Positions 8,397 through 19,800 of a stretch of 63,674 nt of DNA are shown in pieces. The stretch is from a virus (lineage: Duplodnaviria; Caudoviricetes). Every line of letters begins with the position of its first letter. Within the stretch, counting starts at the first letter, position 1. The notes under the pieces are model-generated. The model worked only from the letters and a program-made list of their open reading frames with translations. It had not been told where the DNA came from and searched no databases. The translations under genes and the position numbers were made by a program. The stretch spans positions 1 to 63,674 of IMG/VR virus record IMGVR_UViG_3300048839_000884, one strand, 5' to 3'.

Positions 8397-11237
8397 ATGA
8401 CCCGCGCCCTCTCCACGCTCTCCGCCTCGATCCCGGAGGCGTCCGATCCCGCCGATACCGATACTTGGGGCGCGACGACCGAGACGCTTCACGAGGCCAT
8501 CGACCGCGCCGTCGGCGGCGACCACGAGATCGCGACCACCGGCGGGACGACCGACCTCTCGGACGCGCAGAACGACTGCCTCCAGCTATTCGTCACCGGC
8601 ACGCTGGTCTCGAACGCGATCATCGAGGTGAAGGCGCGGCCGAAGGTCTGGCTGGTCCGGAACGAGACGTCCGGATCCTACACGGTCACCTTCCGGGTCG
8701 ACGGCGGCGCCGGCGCGTCCGTCGTGGTGAATCAGGGCAAGAGCGCCATCGTCCACACCGACGGCGCCGACTGCTTCATCATCGACCTCGGCACGGCGTC
8801 GGGCTCGCCGCCGTCGGTCTCCGGCCCGGTCGAGTACCCGGACGGGACGGAAGGGTCGCCGTCGATCACCAACACCGGCGACACCAACACCGGCATCTTC
8901 TTTCCCGACACCGACGCGGTCGGCATCTCGACCGGCGGCAGCGAGCGGATGCGCTTTGACGCCAGCGGCTACGTCGTGGTCGGCTACAAGGGCGCCGGCC
9001 GCACCTTCGGCGACAGCGTCGTCCCGAAGATGCAGGTCCACGGCACCAACGCGGCGTCCGCGGTCGGTGTCGGCCGCTTCTCCGCCGACGCACTGCCGGC
9101 GCACGTCCGCATGGCCAAGTCGCGCAACGCGACCGCGGGCTCGCACACCGTCGTGGTGAACAACGACGTCCTCGGCGCGATCTCCTTCGACGGGTCGGAC
9201 GGAACGAACTTCATTCCGGCCGCGCAGATCACCGGCATCGTGAACGGCACGCCCGGCACCAACGACATGCCCGGCGCCCTGATCTTCTCGACGACCGCAG
9301 ACGGCGGCGCGACGCCGGCGGAGTCGATGCGGCTCGACGCCAACGCCTTCCTGTCGCTGGACGGGGACACCGACACCGGTCTCCAGAACGGCGGGACGAA
9401 CATCCTCAACGTCTACACTGGCGGCACGCTCGCCGGATCGTTCGATGCCTCGCAGCGCCTCCTGCTTGGCGCCACGACGGCGCAGACGCTCGCCGGCTCC
9501 CGGTCGGTCAAGCTACAGGTCGCGGCCACCGGCGCCACCGCGGGCGCGTCCGTGGCGCGCTACTCGAACGACTCCACCGGCCCCTACCTCTCCCTCTACA
9601 AGTCGCGCGGCGCGGCCATCGGGACGAACACGGGGGTGAACGACGCTGATGAGCTTGGGACGATCTCCTTCGAGGGGGCGGACAGCGCCGGCAACCGCTT
9701 CGCCGGCGCCACGATCCAAGCATACGTCGCGGATGCCGTCGGCGCCGCGGAGATGCCGGGCGGCCTGATCTTCTCGACGACCCCAAACGCATCGACCACG
9801 CTCACGGAGGCGATGCGGATCAACGACGCGCAGCAGGTCATCGTCGGCGGGCTCACCGACGGCCTGACCCTGACCGTCGCCGGGGACTCCTACACCCCGA
9901 AGTTCCAGATCCGCGGGCAGGGCATGGCGCTCTCCAGCATCGCGTCCGCGTCGGACGAGGCCGCGGTGATCGCCTTCGCCAAGGGCAACGGCGGGCTTAC
10001 GCAGGTTGACGACGACGAGACGTTGGGCATCATCTCGTGGTCCGGCTACACGGACACCGGCTGGGCGAACGCGGCGCTCATCAAGGCGGAGGTTGACGGT
10101 ACGCCGGGCAGCGGCGACATCCCGACCCGCATCACGTTCTGGACGTCTCCCGACGGCAGCGCCACGCCGGTGGAGGCCATGCGGATCACGCAAGCCGGCA
10201 AGGTCATCGTCGGCGCCCATGACCCCGTCACGAACTACTTCTCCGCGGAATCGCCGCTACAGGTGCTCGGAACGAGCTACGGTACGGCGACCGCGTTCTT
10301 GGGGCGCTGGTCGAACGACAATGCCGGGGCGTCGCTCATCGGCTACAAGAGCCGCAACGCGACCGTCGGGTCTCACACCGTCGTGCAGAACGGCGACGTC
10401 GCGCTCCGCCTTGAGGCGACCGTTTCCGACGGGACGAACCCGAAGGGTGTCGCTGCAATCCTGATGCGCGTCGACGGCACGCCGGGCACGAACGACACGC
10501 CGGGCAGGATCGAGTTCTACACGACGCCCGATGGGTCATCGTCCCTTGGGCTGGCGCTGACCATCGACGAGGCCAAGGCCGCTGCGTTCGTCGGCGCCGT
10601 TTCTGTCGGGTCGACGCTGGACGTCACCTCGACGGCGACGTTCGATGCCGGCGTTGTCCTCACCGGCGGCCAGCTCAACGCGACGCGGGATGCCGGAACC
10701 GTCGGCGTCTTCAACCGGACGTCCTATACCAGCGGCACCAACACCGTCGTCTCCATCTCTATCAACGGCTCGCAGCAGGGCGACATCGCCTACGATGGAT
10801 CCAACGTTCTCTACCGCGCCTTCTGCGGCGCTCACTGGTCGCAGATGGTGCCCGGCCAGACAAACGATATCCCGCTCGGGACCATCGTCGACAGCGTCGC
10901 GGAGCTTGCGACATGGGAGGGCGAGGAGAACCTGCACCTTCCATGCTTCAAGGTCTCGGACGTCCCCGGCTCGAAGGCGGTCTACGGTGTCTACCGCGGG
11001 CTCGATGAAGACGGCGATGCCTCCATCGCCTCCCTCGGCGCTACGACGATCCGCATCGCCGCTGGCCAGACGCCGGCCATCGGCGACTACATCGAGAGCG
11101 ACGGGAACGGCTGCGGAAGGGTGCAGGCGGACGACATCCTGCGAGCCTCGACGGTCGCCAAGGTGACATCGACCGCGGTCGCGGCCACCTACCCGGACGG
11201 CTCGTTCCTGCTTCCCTGCACCCTGCACTGCGGATGA
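8397..11237 (+). CDS. Tail fibre protein with four ~90-aa repeats and a C-terminal chaperone-like domain (946 aa)
   Basis: Repeats KSR..DGTPG.NDMPG.LIFSTT.DG..E.MRI; C-terminus FCGAHWSQ...IGDYIESDGNG...VAKVTS...PCTLHCG. Confidence 0.8.
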   Translation: MTRALSTLSASIPEASDPADTDTWGATTETLHEAIDRAVGGDHEIATTGGTTDLSDAQNDCLQLFVTGTLVSNAIIEVKARPKVWLVRNETSGSYTVTFRVDGGAGASVVVNQGKSAIVHTDGADCFIIDLGTASGSPPSVSGPVEYPDGTEGSPSITNTGDTNTGIFFPDTDAVGISTGGSERMRFDASGYVVVGYKGAGRTFGDSVVPKMQVHGTNAASAVGVGRFSADALPAHVRMAKSRNATAGSHTVVVNNDVLGAISFDGSDGTNFIPAAQITGIVNGTPGTNDMPGALIFSTTADGGATPAESMRLDANAFLSLDGDTDTGLQNGGTNILNVYTGGTLAGSFDASQRLLLGATTAQTLAGSRSVKLQVAATGATAGASVARYSNDSTGPYLSLYKSRGAAIGTNTGVNDADELGTISFEGADSAGNRFAGATIQAYVADAVGAAEMPGGLIFSTTPNASTTLTEAMRINDAQQVIVGGLTDGLTLTVAGDSYTPKFQIRGQGMALSSIASASDEAAVIAFAKGNGGLTQVDDDETLGIISWSGYTDTGWANAALIKAEVDGTPGSGDIPTRITFWTSPDGSATPVEAMRITQAGKVIVGAHDPVTNYFSAESPLQVLGTSYGTATAFLGRWSNDNAGASLIGYKSRNATVGSHTVVQNGDVALRLEATVSDGTNPKGVAAILMRVDGTPGTNDTPGRIEFYTTPDGSSSLGLALTIDEAKAAAFVGAVSVGSTLDVTSTATFDAGVVLTGGQLNATRDAGTVGVFNRTSYTSGTNTVVSISINGSQQGDIAYDGSNVLYRAFCGAHWSQMVPGQTNDIPLGTIVDSVAELATWEGEENLHLPCFKVSDVPGSKAVYGVYRGLDEDGDASIASLGATTIRIAAGQTPAIGDYIESDGNGCGRVQADDILRASTVAKVTSTAVAATYPDGSFLLPCTLHCG

Positions 11238-11241
11238 CCCC

Positions 11242-13305
11242 ATGGAGTCGCGGCCGATCCCCCTCAAGATCCGGCCCGGCGTCCACCTGACGAACAGTCA
11301 GGAGGCGTCGTCGGGAAGGTTCACGGAAGCGCAATGGGTGCGCTTTGTCGACGGGCTCCCGGAGAAGATCGGCGGGTGGGAGAAGCGCAGCGCCCTACAG
11401 GCGTCGGGTATCCCGCGCGGGTGCCTGTGCTGGAACACGCGCTACGGCGACGCGCTCTACGCCTTCGGCACGTCGAAGCGGTTCTACGTGTCGGACGCGG
11501 ACGGGGCCGACTTCGCCGACGCCACGCCGACGGTGACCACGGACTTCCTGACCAACGCGGCGTCGGTGACCAACCTCGACGCGACGGTCACCATCACCCA
11601 CACCAGCCACGGCCGCTCGGTCGGGGACAAGGTGCGGCTCCGCGGCGCCAAGCACACCGGCGGCGGGCTGATCGGCGGCCTCGATCTCGACGGCGTGTGG
11701 ACCATCGCGACCGTGCCGGACGCGAACACCTACACGTTCGAGCACACCAGCAACGCCACCTCGACCGTCTCGGGCGGCGGCGGGGACATCTTCTATGTCT
11801 ACTCGACCGCGGACCCGTTCGAGACGACGAGTGGAAGCGCCACGGTCACGGTCAACAAGACCAGCCACGGTCTCGCCGAAGGGCAGCTTGTCGAGATCAG
11901 CGGCGCCTCCGCCGTCGGCGGGCTGACCATCGACGGCGTCTACACCGTCGGCACGGCGAGCGCGAACGAGTTCACCATCACGGCCGCCTCGAACGCCTCC
12001 AGCACGACGACCGGCGGCGGCGAGACCGTGATCGAGGCGCTTCTCCGCGAGGGCGCGTCCGTCGTTGGCGGCGGCATCGGCGGCGGCGGCGTCTACGGCG
12101 CCGGGGTCTACGGCGAAGGCCCCTACGGCACGGGCGCGGTCGACGAGATCGACGTGATCTATGTCGAGCCGCGGTTCTGGAGCATCGACAACTACGGCGA
12201 GGATCTGGTCCTCAACCCGCTCGGCGAGGGCATCTACTACTACGACACCAGCCGCGGCGGCCGGCCGACCCTCATCCACGAGGCGCCGCGGAGCGTCCGC
12301 TTCGTCTTCGTCACCGACGAGCGCATCGTCCACGCGCTCGGCATCGACGGCGACCCGCTCAAGTTCGCGTGGTCGGATCAGGGCGTTCTGAGCGATTGGG
12401 TGGCGACCGAGATCAACCAAGCCTCCGCCGGCCGGAACGTGCAGTCGGGCTCGCGGCTTCTCGCCGGCGTCTCGGTCGGCAACGGGCTGTCGCTCCTCTG
12501 GACGGACACGCACTGCTACATCCACCAGTACACCGGCGGCGAACTGGTCTACGACACCCGCATCGCGCCCGGCGGCGTCGACGGCGGCATCATCGGGCCG
12601 CTCGCGTTCGAGGCCACCGGCCCGTCCGGCGGCGTCTACTGGATGAGCCCCAACGGCTTCCGGATGTTCGACGGCTCGGTGCGCGGGATCCCGCAGTCGG
12701 AGGATGTCGAGAGCTACGTCTACGGCCGCCTCAACCGGACGCAGCAGGTCAAGACGGCCGCCTTCGCGGTCCCGGCCGAGGACGAGGTCTGGTTCTCGAT
12801 CCCGATGGATGGCGAGAGCGAACCCGGCTACTACGCCATGGTCAACCTCAAGGACTATGCGTGGTCCTTCGGGACGCTGACGCGGACCTGCGGCTCCTAC
12901 TTCGACATCGACACGCAGAACCCGGTCTGGTTCGGCAACGACGGCTACGTCTACACCCATGAGACCGGCGTCGACGCCAACGGCGCCGCGCTGCCGTGGG
13001 CGCTGGCCTATGCCGCGCTCGGCGACGGGTCGAGCTTCATCGAGATCGACTCCATCGACTTGGACTGGCAGCGCGACGCCGGCGAGATCACCGTGGCGCT
13101 CACGGGCTACGATTCCGACCCGGCCACGACCATAGACACCGACACGATGACCTACGACAGTTCGGTCGACGCGGCGGCGCTCCAGCCCCGGATTCACGCG
13201 CGCTTCATCAAAATGAGGATGACCGGCGGGACCGCGGTCGGTGACGACTTCCGCATGGGCGTCCCGAAGATCGCCTTCCGGCAGACCGGGCGGAGGCGGG
13301 CATGA
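11242..13305 (+). CDS. Tail nozzle / DNA-stabilisation protein (tail tubular B-like)
   Basis: VRFVDGLPEKIGGW, WSIDNYGEDL, FAWSDQ, EDEVWF motifs; two inserted Thr-rich beta modules. Confidence 0.7.
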   Translation: MESRPIPLKIRPGVHLTNSQEASSGRFTEAQWVRFVDGLPEKIGGWEKRSALQASGIPRGCLCWNTRYGDALYAFGTSKRFYVSDADGADFADATPTVTTDFLTNAASVTNLDATVTITHTSHGRSVGDKVRLRGAKHTGGGLIGGLDLDGVWTIATVPDANTYTFEHTSNATSTVSGGGGDIFYVYSTADPFETTSGSATVTVNKTSHGLAEGQLVEISGASAVGGLTIDGVYTVGTASANEFTITAASNASSTTTGGGETVIEALLREGASVVGGGIGGGGVYGAGVYGEGPYGTGAVDEIDVIYVEPRFWSIDNYGEDLVLNPLGEGIYYYDTSRGGRPTLIHEAPRSVRFVFVTDERIVHALGIDGDPLKFAWSDQGVLSDWVATEINQASAGRNVQSGSRLLAGVSVGNGLSLLWTDTHCYIHQYTGGELVYDTRIAPGGVDGGIIGPLAFEATGPSGGVYWMSPNGFRMFDGSVRGIPQSEDVESYVYGRLNRTQQVKTAAFAVPAEDEVWFSIPMDGESEPGYYAMVNLKDYAWSFGTLTRTCGSYFDIDTQNPVWFGNDGYVYTHETGVDANGAALPWALAYAALGDGSSFIEIDSIDLDWQRDAGEITVALTGYDSDPATTIDTDTMTYDSSVDAAALQPRIHARFIKMRMTGGTAVGDDFRMGVPKIAFRQTGRRRA

Positions 13306-13577
13306 GCGGGAAGCGGCCATTCAACTTCGGCACGCCGCCAGTCGGCGCCCGAGACCCCATGGTTCAGTGGATAGACCGGGCCTTCCGCCAAATCGAGATC
13401 GCGTCGCAGGAAGACCTGTCTACCGTGTTCGACGAGTACAGCTACACAGGAACGCTGACCGAGACGCGAGAAGTGGACCTGACGACGCCGTCCGTCGCGA
13501 ATCTTGCTGCGGTGCTGGCGACGCTTATCGTGGACATCAAGAAGCGCGGCTCCCGCCGCAAGCGCGAGGAAACCTGA
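13302..13577 (+). CDS. Hypothetical virion protein
   Basis: ATGA overlap, GGAGG RBS. Confidence 0.65.
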   Translation: MSGKRPFNFGTPPVGARDPMVQWIDRAFRQIEIASQEDLSTVFDEYSYTGTLTETREVDLTTPSVANLAAVLATLIVDIKKRGSRRKREET

Positions 13578-13579
13578 CC

Positions 13580-14374
13580 ATGGCCGATCCGATCATGTCG
13601 AGGCTGATCCCGCAGGGAACGAGCCCGGAGATGCTGGACTACATGCAGCGCCCCGGCGCCGGCGGCCCGAACCCCAACAACATGGCCGGCCTGATCGACT
13701 CGATCATGCCGACTGGCTGGCAGGGGCTCCTCAAGCAGATGCCGCGGCCGAATGGTGGCGGCGGTGGCGCTGGTGGCGGCGCCCCGGCCGCGCGCATGGC
13801 GCCTGCGGCGCCGGGTGGCGGCATCTCGGCTCTCGCGGCCGGTCGCATGGCCGGCGGCGGCGGCATCGGCGGGAGCGCCGTCGAGCGCCCCGGTATGCCG
13901 GCGGTGAAGCCCGGCCCCGTCCCCAAGGGCGGCAGCGGCGGCGGGCAGATCGACTCCGCGGCCGGGTGGGCATCCGATCTCCTGAACCCGGAAGCGAAGT
14001 ACCCGCCGGGCATGAAGGAGTTCTTGAAGGACTACTTCAAGAAGTCCCGGTCGGTGCTCAACATCAAGGCCCCGAACTACAAGGGCGACCGCGTCGCCAA
14101 CGCGACGCAGCGCCTAGACCGCGCGCGCAATGCCTACAACGAGGCCGGTAGGCGCATCCTGAACCCGGACAAGGCATACACCTCCGCGGTGAAGAAGCAC
14201 CTTGACCCGACGCAGTACGCGACGGGCGGCGCGCAGAACCGCTACGCCGCGCCGGTGAACATCCCGGCCCCGGTCGCGAACGCCGGTGGCGGGGCCTATG
14301 GCCAGCCGACGCGCACTCCGATGCCACCCCAGCCCGAGCTTCCGCCGGGGCTCGCCCGGCCGACCGGCTATTGA
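13580..14374 (+). CDS. Putative internal/ejection protein
   Basis: GAGGA RBS; MADPIMSRLIPQ...; Gly/Pro/Met-rich. Confidence 0.6.
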   Translation: MADPIMSRLIPQGTSPEMLDYMQRPGAGGPNPNNMAGLIDSIMPTGWQGLLKQMPRPNGGGGGAGGGAPAARMAPAAPGGGISALAAGRMAGGGGIGGSAVERPGMPAVKPGPVPKGGSGGGQIDSAAGWASDLLNPEAKYPPGMKEFLKDYFKKSRSVLNIKAPNYKGDRVANATQRLDRARNAYNEAGRRILNPDKAYTSAVKKHLDPTQYATGGAQNRYAAPVNIPAPVANAGGGAYGQPTRTPMPPQPELPPGLARPTGY

Positions 14375-14383
14375 GGACACACC

Positions 14384-15643
14384 ATGGCGCTCTCCTCCTC
14401 GCAGGTGATGCCGAAACCGTCCCCGACGATCTCCAGTCTCGCGGTGATGCCCGGCACCACGCCGCAGACCCGGACGAACACGCAGACCCGGACGCCGACG
14501 TCGGCGCCGCCGCCGGCCGCGCAGCCGAAGCCGGCGACCCAGCCGGGGATCAGCACGTCGCCGGGCGGGCAGGCTACGAACACGCGCACGTCGGCGCCTT
14601 CCCCACAGGGGCTTTCGCCAACCATCAGCGGGCTCCCCGGCGGGTCGTCGAGCGGCCCGACGTTATCCGGGCTCCCCGGCGGCGCCGTGCAGGGCAAGCC
14701 GGTGATCGAGCCGCCGCTTCCTCCGATCTACCCGCCGCCGGCCGACCCTCGCCAGCCGACCCCCCCGCCGCAGGACACCGGGCCGAAGCAGCGCGGCTAC
14801 CCGGACGGCGGCAACTACAACCCCGGCCCCTACGCCCCGCCCGGACAGCAGAACCCGCGCGGCTGGAGCGAGCAGCCGCTCCCGACCGAAGGGTCGGCGT
14901 GGAACGGCGGCCGCGCGCCGAGCCTCTACACCGCCGGCGGCGCGCCGCAGGTCGGCGTGGATCAGGTGAACGTCGGCGCCTTCATGAACCCCTACATCAA
15001 GGACTTCATGGAGCCGACGCTTCGGGACATCGAGCAGCGGTTCTCGAAGCAGCGGCGCGACATCGGGGCGACCGCGGCGACGTCCGGCGCCTTCGGCGAC
15101 GACCGGCACCGGATGCTCGACCAGTCCTCGTACAAGGACGAGCGCAGCCAGCTTGCCGACACCATGTCGAGCCTTCTCAAGCAGGGGTGGGACACCTCGC
15201 TCGGGGCGGCCGAGCGCGACACCGACCGCCTTCTCGGCGCCTCGCAGTTCAATGCCGGGATGCAGGACAGGTCGGTCGACCGGCAGGTCGGCGTGCAGGA
15301 GAACGCGGCCAACCGCGATATGTCGTGGAACCAGTTCCTCAACCAGCTTGACCAGCAGGAGCAGGACCGAGCCCTCCGCGCGTCCGAACTCGGGAACGCA
15401 ATGGAGATGGCGCAGAACGGCCAGATGCTCCAGTACGGGCAGGAGGAGATGGGCTTCGACAACTACCAGCGCGGCTGGGACCAGCAGCAGAAGAACGCCG
15501 ACTACGAGGACTACATGCAGAAGATCATGTGGCCGATGACCGTGCTCAAGGGGTCCGGCGGCACCGGCGGGAACCCGTATGGGCAGCAGGGCGACAACGG
15601 CCTCGCGTCGCTGATCGGGTCTCTCATCGGCGGCTTCTTCTGA
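14384..15643 (+). CDS. Putative DNA ejection (pilot) protein
   Basis: FMNPY...AATSGAFGDDR motif, Gln-rich helical C-half, hydrophobic Gly-rich end. Confidence 0.65.
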   Translation: MALSSSQVMPKPSPTISSLAVMPGTTPQTRTNTQTRTPTSAPPPAAQPKPATQPGISTSPGGQATNTRTSAPSPQGLSPTISGLPGGSSSGPTLSGLPGGAVQGKPVIEPPLPPIYPPPADPRQPTPPPQDTGPKQRGYPDGGNYNPGPYAPPGQQNPRGWSEQPLPTEGSAWNGGRAPSLYTAGGAPQVGVDQVNVGAFMNPYIKDFMEPTLRDIEQRFSKQRRDIGATAATSGAFGDDRHRMLDQSSYKDERSQLADTMSSLLKQGWDTSLGAAERDTDRLLGASQFNAGMQDRSVDRQVGVQENAANRDMSWNQFLNQLDQQEQDRALRASELGNAMEMAQNGQMLQYGQEEMGFDNYQRGWDQQQKNADYEDYMQKIMWPMTVLKGSGGTGGNPYGQQGDNGLASLIGSLIGGFF

Positions 15644-15653
15644 GGAGGATCTG

Positions 15654-16838
15654 ATGCCCCCTTACCGCGTCGCTCCCGTCAACGTTCCGATCCCGCGCCC
15701 GCGGCCACCCGAGATGGGGCCGTCGGTCGCGGCGGCTCGGGCGCCGTCGCTCGCCGGCAACGCCCCGACCGCGGCGCCAATCGCGGACCCGATGATGCTC
15801 GAAGACGAGGCGGCCCCGGCCGTGCCGCCGATGCAGGGCACCGACCCCTTTTGGGGCGGGATCGCCGAGGGCGTCGCCGGCTACAGGCCCCGCGGCGAGG
15901 CTCCGCTGGTGGCCGGCGCGGAGGCGTTTTTCCGCGCGAAGGCGGCGGGCGACCGCATCAAGTCGGAGAACGAGCGGCAGGCATACGAGGACCGGCGCCG
16001 CGACGAGGAATGGGACTGGCGCAAGAGCGAGCGCGAGGAGATCCGCCGCGACCGCGCCGAGGACCGGGCGCTCCGCCGCGAGGAGAGCGCCGCCAGCCGG
16101 CTCTACCGCGAGAAGGCGTTCGGGTTGCAGGAGCGGGCGGCCGACCGCGCCGACCGCGCCGACGCGCGCACGGCGCAGAGCCACGACTACGAAATCCTCG
16201 ACACGGCGATCCAGATCGAGACCGCGCGGCGGGCGCTCATGTCCGGCGCCACGCTGTCGGCCGACGACACGCTGAACCTCGCCAACGCCCGCAAGGTCGA
16301 ACTGGAGAGCATCGAGAACAACTACGACCTGACGGCGGAGGAGAAGGCCGCGGCGAAGGCGCGGATCAACGCCAAGATCGACCAGCTTCTCCAGCTATCG
16401 GACCAGAACGCGCGCGACGCGGCGGCCGACGCCGAGGCCGGGAATGTGGTCGGGCAGGCGAAGGGCAACCCCGGCGCCACGTCGAACACGGACGAGGGCG
16501 CCATCGACGAGGACGCCGACATCGGCGCCGTGCCGGAGCCGGAGGCGCCGGTCGATCTGAACAGCTTGGGCGGCGAGGGGATGCTGGGCGCGGAGGACAC
16601 CGGTCCGGCCCCGCCCGTCGCCAAGGGCGACCCGGCCGCGCCGCCGAAGGCGTCGGACTACTTCTCCAAGCCGCCGAAATTCTCGGGGACAGGGACCAAG
16701 GACGACCCCCTCGACATGGGGAATGCGCCAGTGTCCGAGGAGGACATGCGCCAGATCATGTACCTCTACGTGAAGCCGGGGCAGTGGATCCGCTTCGGCG
16801 ACGAGGTCATCATGAGGGCACCGCGGACGGGGAATTAA
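15654..16838 (+). CDS. Putative internal virion/ejection protein
   Basis: GAGGAGG RBS; charged coiled coil; directly upstream of giant protein. Confidence 0.65.
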   Translation: MPPYRVAPVNVPIPRPRPPEMGPSVAAARAPSLAGNAPTAAPIADPMMLEDEAAPAVPPMQGTDPFWGGIAEGVAGYRPRGEAPLVAGAEAFFRAKAAGDRIKSENERQAYEDRRRDEEWDWRKSEREEIRRDRAEDRALRREESAASRLYREKAFGLQERAADRADRADARTAQSHDYEILDTAIQIETARRALMSGATLSADDTLNLANARKVELESIENNYDLTAEEKAAAKARINAKIDQLLQLSDQNARDAAADAEAGNVVGQAKGNPGATSNTDEGAIDEDADIGAVPEPEAPVDLNSLGGEGMLGAEDTGPAPPVAKGDPAAPPKASDYFSKPPKFSGTGTKDDPLDMGNAPVSEEDMRQIMYLYVKPGQWIRFGDEVIMRAPRTGN

Positions 16839-19800
16839 ATGGCCGACGACGTGTTCCGGCGGCGCCTCGAAGAACTCATGCTGAGGGACTTCGGGGTGGC
16901 CAACGTAGGGGCGGTTCCCCTGCCGGGCTTCGAGGACCGACTGCCAGACATCCCGGCGGAGGACCCCCCTCCGAGGCCGCGCCCGCGACCGACCGATCCC
17001 GCGACCGAGATCCCGAGCCTCGACGAACTGATCGGCGACCGCACCACCGCGCCGCGGCCGAAGTCGAAGCCGTCCTCGCCCATGGACGGTATCCCCACAC
17101 TCGAAGAGATGACCGGCGCCCGCGTCCCGACCGGGTACGTCGATTCCGCGCTGAACGCGCTTGGCCGCGGGTGGAATCAGGCGCAGCAGGGCATCGCGGT
17201 CATCGGCGAGTCGACCGGCCTCCTGACGCCGGCGGAGGCCGCGCGCGATCTCGTCCAGAACCAGCGCGACCTTGAGCAGTACCCCACGTCCGCCGACGAG
17301 GATCAGGCGTGGAAGGATTGGGAGAACGCCAAGGGCTTTTGGGAGTCCGCGGGCGTCGCCCTGAGCAACCCCTTCGACATCGCCGCGCAGACGATGATCT
17401 CGTCGCTCCCGCACTCGATCCCGTCGGTGGCCGGCGGCCTCGCCGGCGCGGCGGGCGGGACGATGGCTGGCGGCCCGGTCGGCGGCACGGCCGGCCTCGT
17501 TGGCGGCATGTTCGCCGGTGGCATCGCGCCCGAGTATGCGGCCTCGCTTCTCGACGTCATGCGCGAGGAAGGCGTCGACACCAACGACGAACTGTCGATC
17601 CAGAAGGCGTTCGAGGATCCGCTCCTCATGGCGCGCGCCAAGGCCGAGGCCCTGCGCCGGGGCGTCGCCGTCTCCGCCTTCGACGCGGCGACGGCTCTTG
17701 TCGGCGGCAAGCTCGTCCCGGCGGCGGTCAAGCGCGGCATCTCGAAGCCTCTTACGACGCTCCTCGCCGGCGGCATCGAAATGGCCGGCGGCGCGGCCGG
17801 CGAGGCGGCTGGCCAGCTTGCGGCCAAGGGCGAGATCACCGACGCCGGCGACATCGGCCTCGAAGCCATCGCCGAAGGGCCGGGCATCGTCACCGACACC
17901 GGCGTCGCCGCGGCCACGGAGGCCATCAACCGCGGCGTCCAGCCGTCCGCTCCAGCCCCGGCGCCCGCCCCGGCGCCGACGACAGCCGCGCCCACGGCGC
18001 CTCCGGCGCCGACGACAGCCGGCCCGACGCAGATGGTCATCTCCGATCCGGGCGGCCCGCGCGACGGGCAGGTCGTCACGGTCGACCCGAACCAGCCGCA
18101 GGACCAGCCGACCCTTATCGTCACGGACGATCAGGGCCGGCAGTTCCGCGTCGGCAAGCGCGTTCTCACCGAATCCGGTGCTGCCCCGCCGATGGCGGCA
18201 CCGGTAGGGGCAGGGTCGCAGGCAGCGGGCGGACCTCCTCCGACGCCCCAAGCCTCCCCTGCCCCGTCCTCCCCCTCCGCGATCACGCCGGAGCAGCGCG
18301 CGCTCCTGCGGAATATGGGCTACCCGGACGACGACATCGACGTCATGGATCCGGAGCAGGCCCGCTACGAGGCCGAGGCGGCATTGGAGGACGGCGTCAC
18401 GGCGACGCCCGACGACATCGAGCGCGCGCGTGTCTACCAGCCGCCGGCGGCTGAACCGATCATCATGGGGGACGAGGAAGATGAGCGAGGCGTACCGCTC
18501 GACCAGCGAGGCGACCCGGTCGTCGGGACCACTGAGGATGCACCGGGCGTACCTTCTGGAGACGGCAATACCGGACCCGGTGGCCGTGGCGGTGCTGGCG
18601 TCGGGGACGTACCAGTACGGCCCGATGCGCCGGTTGGTGGAGTCCCCGACGCCGAAGGACTGGATCCTCAATCTGGTGCTCGACCCGCGCAACAGGATAC
18701 CGCAGGACGAGTTCCTGTCGGCTCTCCTGTAGTCGAGCCCGGCCGCACCGGACCGGAGGAGTCGCCCGAGGACGACGTCACGGTCGACGACATCAACGAC
18801 CTCGACATGGACCCCGACGCCATGCGGCGCCGGCTGGAGAAGGCCGGCGTAGACCCGGACCGCGCCGTCCTCATCGCGACCGGCGCACAGACGGACGAAG
18901 CCGGCAACGACATCATGCTCGACTCCGCGGAGGAGCGGCGGCTCTACGAGGTGATCGTCGACGAGATCCGGGAGCGCCGGGCGGCTGCGCGTCAGGCGGC
19001 CGTCGACGCGCCCATGCCGCCGGCGACCGTTCCCGAAGGCACCGGCACCCGCAAGCGGCCGGCCAAGGTCACCACCGAGGACGATCTCGCGCCGGCGCGC
19101 GAAGTCGTCGCCGAGCCGACGGATGCGCAGGCGCAGGCCGGCAACTACCAGAAGGGACACGTCCGCATCGCGGGCATGGACGTCTCCATCGAGACGCCGA
19201 AGGGTGGCACGCGGCGCTCGAAGGATCCGGCGAACCCGTGGGAGGCGGTCTCCCCGGCGGACTACGGCTACTTCAAGAACACGACGGGGAAGGATGGCGA
19301 CCATCTCGACGTCTTCATCGGCCCGAAGCCAGACAACGGGCAGGCGTTCGTCATCGACCAATACGACCCGGCGACCGGGCGCTTCGACGAGCACAAGGTC
19401 GTGCTCGGCGTCGACTCGGCCGAGGAAGCCCAAGCCCTCTACGATGCCGCGTTCAGCGACGGCAGCGGCCCGACGCGCCGCGGCGGCATCAAGGCCATGT
19501 CGACGGACGACCTGCGCGGTCGCCTCGCCGTCCGCAAGTCCCTCGGGCGCCGCCCGCTGGGCGGCCCGCGTCCACAGGCGCCGGCCCCGGCACCCGCGCC
19601 GGCCGCGCCGCCGGCCGCCCCGACGAACCCGGCACAGGTGGAAGGGGCGGGAAGGCCGAACGTGTGGGCACGCGGGAGCGAGTTGCAGGGCCGTGACCTT
19701 GACACGGTGCTCGCGACCCTCGCGGATGAGGGCTATTCAGACGACGAGATCGCCACCCGCGGCGTCGCCGGGTGGCTCGGCGAGGACGACCCGTCCCCCG

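Noticed and set aside
8397-11237. Diversity-generating retroelement acting on the tail fibre
   Set aside because: No reverse transcriptase and no TR/VR pair differing at adenines; the repeats are in-frame protein repeats.
16505-16540. DEDADIGAVP similar to DEEADIVGAVP at ~31945
   Set aside because: Short match in low-complexity linkers; too weak to call a shared processing motif.
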